Assembly (NCBI GenBank): GCA_049423385.1
Contig: JBMSQQ010000063.1
Coordinates: forward strand, 1 to 20,328
DNA length: 20,328 bases
Source: Silvanigrellaceae bacterium
GTDB taxonomy: Bacteria > Bdellovibrionota_B > Oligoflexia > Silvanigrellales > Silvanigrellaceae
Direction: 5' to 3'
Shown: one piece after another, positions 16,043 through 20,328 of the stretch
Layout: each line of letters starts with the position of its first letter
Position numbering within the stretch: the first letter of the stretch is position 1
Notes under the pieces: model-generated
What the model was told of the DNA's origin: nothing
The model's database searches: none
The model's input: only the letters and a program-made list of their open reading frames with translations
Translations under genes and position numbers: made by a program

Positions 16043-18611
16043 GTGGCTCCGCGTTTTGCGGATCGTCGGGCCAATAATGTCGCGGGTAGCGCCGCGAAAG
16101 TTCCTTTTTGACCTCCGGATAAACGTTCTTCCAGAATCCCGAAAGATCTGTCGTTACCTGGACGGCCTGACCATTGGGTGCCAGCAGATGGACCGTGACC
16201 GGCAATGAGTTTTGCAAGAGCCGGGGTGTGCTCATGGTCCCGAAGAAGTCCTGCATTCTTGAGGATATCCATGGAGGTTGCCCGTTGATGTATTGAACTT
16301 CGACCCTGCGTCCAGAGCCGAGTGTGATGCGCAGAGGCAATTCGCGATTGAGCGTGTTTTTGATGTCCCAGGGGATAAAGGTGTCAATATATTCTTGAAG
16401 TGAGTGTTGGGTGATTTCTGCAAAGGATTTTTTTCCTTCACAGACGTGAACCAGAAACAATTCAAAATCACCATCAACGATGCTGATTTTTGGCGTGTCG
16501 GGGAATCGGGTCTGAAGAAGGCTCATTCTGTGCTCGAAAAATTCGAGAGGTGCCGCAGAATCAAAGGGTTTTGGCCAGCGTGATTTGAGCTCGTCAAACA
16601 AAATCTGTTCAGCATCGGAGGACTCTCCCTGCGATTGCCTTTCCTCCAGAACCAGACTTTCAAACATCACCCGGGTGGAATTCCTGACGCGTTCACTTTG
16701 CTCATCCCAAAAGGACTTCGATTCGATTCTCGTTTTGTCCTTGCCCAGTGATTTTAGAATTTGCGCGTTGAGTCCTGCAGCGAGAGTGATCTCGGTGACA
16801 AAATGTGTCGAGCCCTGTCGACGCGTTTGCTCTGCCTGAAGTGCAATTGCAAAGTCGGAGTCCTGGACTGTACTTGACCTTGACAATTGACCTTGTCCGC
16901 CGCGAGCAAAAATAGCCTCTATCATCGTTCGCTGAGTTGACTTTGTCTTCCTGAGCGCAACAATCCGGTCAGGAAATCCGGCGAGGAGTTCACGTGCAAA
17001 CGGACTTGCTTCATTCCAATTGCCTTGTCCACTCGTCAGTGGACGTTTTGGAGCATTGGTCAAATGAACCAGTGAATCAAAACTTTTTTCAATTCGCTTG
17101 AGCTGGGTGGTGTCGATGGCTTCGCGCTCTTCACGCGTGATTGTTTCCGGGTGATGGCGCAGCCTGTCGAACAGCGATGCCTGGAATGAAAGGTCGCAGT
17201 CGGTGTGGATTTCAGCGTCACCCTGGTTGCTTTTCAAAAGCGGGCCTTCGTTGAGCATGCTCACCAGCAGGCATGCCTCGCCAAGCGTTCCATTTTTCGA
17301 CGCTTCAAGAAGGATTCTGCCCAAGCGAGGATTGAGAGGCCAGCGGATCATCTTTTCGCCGATGGCGGTGAGTTGGTTGTCGTTGTCGACTGCATCCAAC
17401 TCCCGCAAGAGGGATAGTGCTGCATTTGTGCTTTCAATTGGAGGATTTTCCAACCAGGGCAACGCATCGAAGCGGGGTGTCCGATCACGGAAGATGCGGT
17501 TGCATGCGCCCAAAACCTCAAGAATCGTCTGTGAAAGATCCATCCGCAAAAGTTCTGGTTTGTCGTGTGCAGTCCGGCCCAGAAAGTCGGCTCTGGTATA
17601 GAGTCTGCGTGCCACTCCAGGAGAGGTTCTTCCGGCGCGGCCTGCCCGCTGTGTGCAGCTCGCCTGGCTGACAGGCCTGATGTCAAGAGAGGGCAACCCA
17701 TTCCAATGGGCGTAACTTGCGACCTTGGCAATTCCGGAATCGACAACGCCCGTGACGCCAGGAATGGTCACGCTTGTTTCAGCGACGTTTGTTGAAAGGA
17801 TCACTTTTCGCTTGGGATGGGGCATAAAGATTTTGCGTTGTTCTACCAACGGAATTTCTGCACGCAATTCAAAAGTATCAAAGTCAGTCTTGAATTTGGA
17901 AGTTGCGAGGGCCTGTGCCGAGCGGCGGATGTCTGCGGCCCCCGACAGGAAGACAAGGAGATCTCCCGGGCACCGGGGGTCTTTGAGGAGAGATTCGACG
18001 GCAACAACAACTCGCCATTCGAGGGCTCGTTCATCGTTGCCCTGGTCATATTCAATCTCAACAGGAAAGGTGGGGACCTCGGCCTTGAGAAGTGCCGAAT
18101 CGGGAACGGCCGCAGCCAGTTTTTCCGTGTCGAGCGTTGCCGACATGACGATCAACTTCAAATCGGGGCGAGCATTCAATTGCAGCCAACGCGTCAACGC
18201 AAAAGCAACATCAGAATGCAGATGCCGCTCGTGGAATTCATCCAGCACCACAGCATCAACCCCTTCCAGTTTGGGGTTGGCCAGCAAGGTGCGTAAAAAA
18301 AGCCCTTCGGTCATGAAAATACTGCGTGTCCCCGGACCAATCGATTTCTCGTAGCGGATCTGGAAACCCACATCCTGGCCCGTGCTTTGTCCCAATTCTT
18401 CGGCGACACGCTCTGCTGAAAGGCGGGCTGCAAGTCGACGTGGTTCAAGGATAAGGGTTTTGCCCGCCAGAGCGCGCAAAAGAAATTGCGGCACCCGTGT
18501 CGTTTTTCCGCTCCCTGGTGGCGCCTGGAGAATGATGGATTGTTTGTTTTTCAATGCTTCAACAAAATCAGTCTCGAGATCGTCGATGGGCAATTTTATG
18601 CGTTGATTCAC
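15987..18611 (-). CDS. hrpB: ATP-dependent DEAH-box RNA helicase HrpB
   Basis: APPGSGKTT, PRRLAAR, DEFHER, MSAT, STNVAETSVTIPGV, QRAGRAGR and the HrpB C-terminal signature HLLAPNGQAVQVTTDLSGFW...YPEVKKELSRRYPRHYWP; 874 aa, GTG start. Confidence 0.95.
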   Translation of the reverse strand: MNQRIKLPIDDLETDFVEALKNKQSIILQAPPGSGKTTRVPQFLLRALAGKTLILEPRRLAARLSAERVAEELGQSTGQDVGFQIRYEKSIGPGTRSIFMTEGLFLRTLLANPKLEGVDAVVLDEFHERHLHSDVAFALTRWLQLNARPDLKLIVMSATLDTEKLAAAVPDSALLKAEVPTFPVEIEYDQGNDERALEWRVVVAVESLLKDPRCPGDLLVFLSGAADIRRSAQALATSKFKTDFDTFELRAEIPLVEQRKIFMPHPKRKVILSTNVAETSVTIPGVTGVVDSGIAKVASYAHWNGLPSLDIRPVSQASCTQRAGRAGRTSPGVARRLYTRADFLGRTAHDKPELLRMDLSQTILEVLGACNRIFRDRTPRFDALPWLENPPIESTNAALSLLRELDAVDNDNQLTAIGEKMIRWPLNPRLGRILLEASKNGTLGEACLLVSMLNEGPLLKSNQGDAEIHTDCDLSFQASLFDRLRHHPETITREEREAIDTTQLKRIEKSFDSLVHLTNAPKRPLTSGQGNWNEASPFARELLAGFPDRIVALRKTKSTQRTMIEAIFARGGQGQLSRSSTVQDSDFAIALQAEQTRRQGSTHFVTEITLAAGLNAQILKSLGKDKTRIESKSFWDEQSERVRNSTRVMFESLVLEERQSQGESSDAEQILFDELKSRWPKPFDSAAPLEFFEHRMSLLQTRFPDTPKISIVDGDFELFLVHVCEGKKSFAEITQHSLQEYIDTFIPWDIKNTLNRELPLRITLGSGRRVEVQYINGQPPWISSRMQDFFGTMSTPRLLQNSLPVTVHLLAPNGQAVQVTTDLSGFWKNVYPEVKKELSRRYPRHYWPDDPQNAEPLTRRPKPGQTPASTSRSK

Positions 18612-18626
18612 TGTCGCACCGTGGGG

Positions 18627-19436
18627 TCAAGTTTGAGCGGCTGTTTTGGAATTGCTGGTTGACTGGAGCTTGTGGAAAAGTCGCTCGGCGTTGCGTGATG
18701 TTTGTTCTGCAAATTCAGCGAAACCGGTGCCACGAAGATCAGCGACGCACTCGGCCACATTGGCAACCCAGGCAGGTTCATTTTGTTTGCCTCTATGTGG
18801 TGTTGGAGCCAAGTAAGGACTGTCTGTTTCCACCAGGATTCGATCTGAAGGCACGAACTTCGCGACTTCCCGCAGTGCGTCAGAATTCTTGAACGTGACG
18901 ATTCCAGAAAATGACAAGTAAAAACCCAGATCGAGGAATGCCCGACCTTCGTCCAAGGTTCCAGTGAAGCAATGAATGACACCGCTTCCACCTCGTTCCG
19001 CGAATTTCTTCAATCGCGAGTGAACGTCGGCAAATGTATCGCGGACATGCACGACAACCGGCAAATTGCAGCGCAGCGCAACTTCGAGAAAGTCTTCAAA
19101 GCAAACGATTTGCTGCGCCATCGGAACGAATTTGTGGTAGCCGTCAAGTCCGATTTCACCAATGGCGACAACTTTTTCATGCGAGAGAGCAATCGCTTCC
19201 ATTCTCTGCACCAGCGTTGGTGAATACTGATCGGCGTCGTGCGGTTGAATGCCAACTGTCAGCCAGAGGTTTGGAAACTGTTCGACCTGTTTGAGTCCTG
19301 TTTCCAGGGTTTGTTCATCGAACGTGATATTGATGATTTTTTCGACACCATTGCAAGTTGCGCGCTCAACAAGTTCGCTCACGTGTGGAGCGAGTTTATC
19401 GGAGCACAAATGACAGTGTGTGTCGATCAATCTCAT
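18627..19436 (-). CDS. tatD: TatD family deoxyribonuclease
   Basis: IDTHCH, GIQPH, AIGEIGLD, VVHVRD, GVIHCFTG, ETDSPYLAP, NEP. Start reassigned to ATG 19436, which overlaps the upstream stop (ATGA); 269 aa. Confidence 0.95.
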   Translation of the reverse strand: MRLIDTHCHLCSDKLAPHVSELVERATCNGVEKIINITFDEQTLETGLKQVEQFPNLWLTVGIQPHDADQYSPTLVQRMEAIALSHEKVVAIGEIGLDGYHKFVPMAQQIVCFEDFLEVALRCNLPVVVHVRDTFADVHSRLKKFAERGGSGVIHCFTGTLDEGRAFLDLGFYLSFSGIVTFKNSDALREVAKFVPSDRILVETDSPYLAPTPHRGKQNEPAWVANVAECVADLRGTGFAEFAEQTSRNAERLFHKLQSTSNSKTAAQT

Positions 19437-20328
19437 GAGAATGCCTGAATGCCTGTCAGGTTCTGACCAACAATCAGCAGGTGAATGTCGTTGGTTCCCT
19501 CGTAGGTGTAAACCGATTCCAGATTGCAGGCGTGACGCATGCATCTGTATTCATCGCTGATGCCGTTGGCTCCAAGAATATCACGAGCAGTTCTCGCTGC
19601 TTCAAGCGCAAGAAGCACATTGTTTTGTTTTGCCATGCTGATTTGTGCAGGATCAATTGTGCCGGCCGATTTCAACTCGGCAAGCCGTCTGGCAAGAAGG
19701 TTGCCAGTTGTAATCTGGGTGGCCATGATCGCAAGTTTGCGCTGAATCAACTGAAACGAAGCGAGCGGTTTGTCGAACATGATGCGGTTTTTGGAGTACG
19801 ACAATGCTTCCTGAAGGGAATCCTCGGCAGCGCCCAACGCACCAAACGCAATCCCGTAACGAGCCTGGTTCAAGCACATGAGTGCATTCTTCAATCCGAC
19901 AGTTTCCGGCAAAATATTCTCGGCAGGGATGCGGCAATCTTGAAAGAACAACGAACCTGTGATCGATGCACGCAAGCTCAATTTGCCATGAATGGCGCGT
20001 TGTTCAAAACCTGGGGTTCCCTTCTCGACAATGAATCCGCGGATTCCCTGATCTGTTTTGGCCCACACCACGGCAACGTCGGCAATCGAGGCATTTGTGA
20101 TCCAGGTTTTGGAGCCGTTCAGGATCCAGTCATTGCCATCTTTTTTTGCGTTGGTTCGCATACCGGAAGGGTTCGAACCAAAATCGGGTTCAGTGAGTCC
20201 GAAGCAACCGATCGCTTTACCCTCGCGCAACAACGGAAGCCAGCGCTGCTTTTGTGCTTCGCTGCCGAAGGCGTGAATGGGATACATGACCAATGCACCC
20301 TGAACGCTTGCAAAGCTGCTCAAGCCGC
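19433..20328 (-). CDS. Acyl-CoA dehydrogenase, glutaryl-CoA dehydrogenase-like; 5' end outside the window
   Basis: SVQGALVMYPI, GCFGLTEPDFGSNP, NGSKTWITN, SLRASITG, CLNQARYGI, ARDILGANGI, ESVYTYEGT (catalytic Glu) are typical of the GcdH subfamily. Confidence 0.88.
   Translation of the reverse strand, partial: GLSSFASVQGALVMYPIHAFGSEAQKQRWLPLLREGKAIGCFGLTEPDFGSNPSGMRTNAKKDGNDWILNGSKTWITNASIADVAVVWAKTDQGIRGFIVEKGTPGFEQRAIHGKLSLRASITGSLFFQDCRIPAENILPETVGLKNALMCLNQARYGIAFGALGAAEDSLQEALSYSKNRIMFDKPLASFQLIQRKLAIMATQITTGNLLARRLAELKSAGTIDPAQISMAKQNNVLLALEAARTARDILGANGISDEYRCMRHACNLESVYTYEGTNDIHLLIVGQNLTGIQAFS

Noticed and set aside
6931..19436. Anti-phage defence system built from GIY-YIG, PP2C, helicase and TatD
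   Set aside because: These domains occur in defence systems, but here they are scattered across separate transcription units and PP2C, HrpB and TatD look like canonical housekeeping members; no kinase/vWA or Qat-type partners are present.
1..20328. CRISPR array, IS element or long repeat family
   Set aside because: Intergenic gaps are all under about 270 nt, and I saw no regularly spaced repeats, terminal inverted repeats or transposase ORFs.

Overview
Gene-dense bacterial chromosomal window, roughly 50% GC by eye, made almost entirely of core/housekeeping genes. The pilB-pilT-pilC order and overall gene style suggest a former-Deltaproteobacteria lineage such as Bdellovibrionota/Oligoflexia or Myxococcota (inference). 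In order: partial acetyl-CoA synthetase, small membrane protein, penicillin-acylase-family Ntn hydrolase and pnp (all -); peptide deformylase (+); membrane-anchored monoheme cytochrome c (-); atypical UvrC/Cho-like GIY-YIG nuclease and a beta-barrel outer-membrane protein (+); M23 peptidase, PP2C phosphatase and tRNA-Arg(UCU) (-); pilB-pilT-pilC (+); HrpB helicase, TatD nuclease and a partial glutaryl-CoA-dehydrogenase-like gene (-). I see no integrase, transposase, CRISPR array or recognisable defence island, and I cannot support a clearly new multi-gene system. The best leads are the remodelled UvrC-like nuclease, the coupled acylase/membrane-protein pair with a hairpin over its ribosome-binding site, the uncharacterised beta-barrel, a degenerate MshEN domain in PilB, the hrpB/pilC antisense overlap, and conserved-residue substitutions in Def and the acyl-CoA dehydrogenase.
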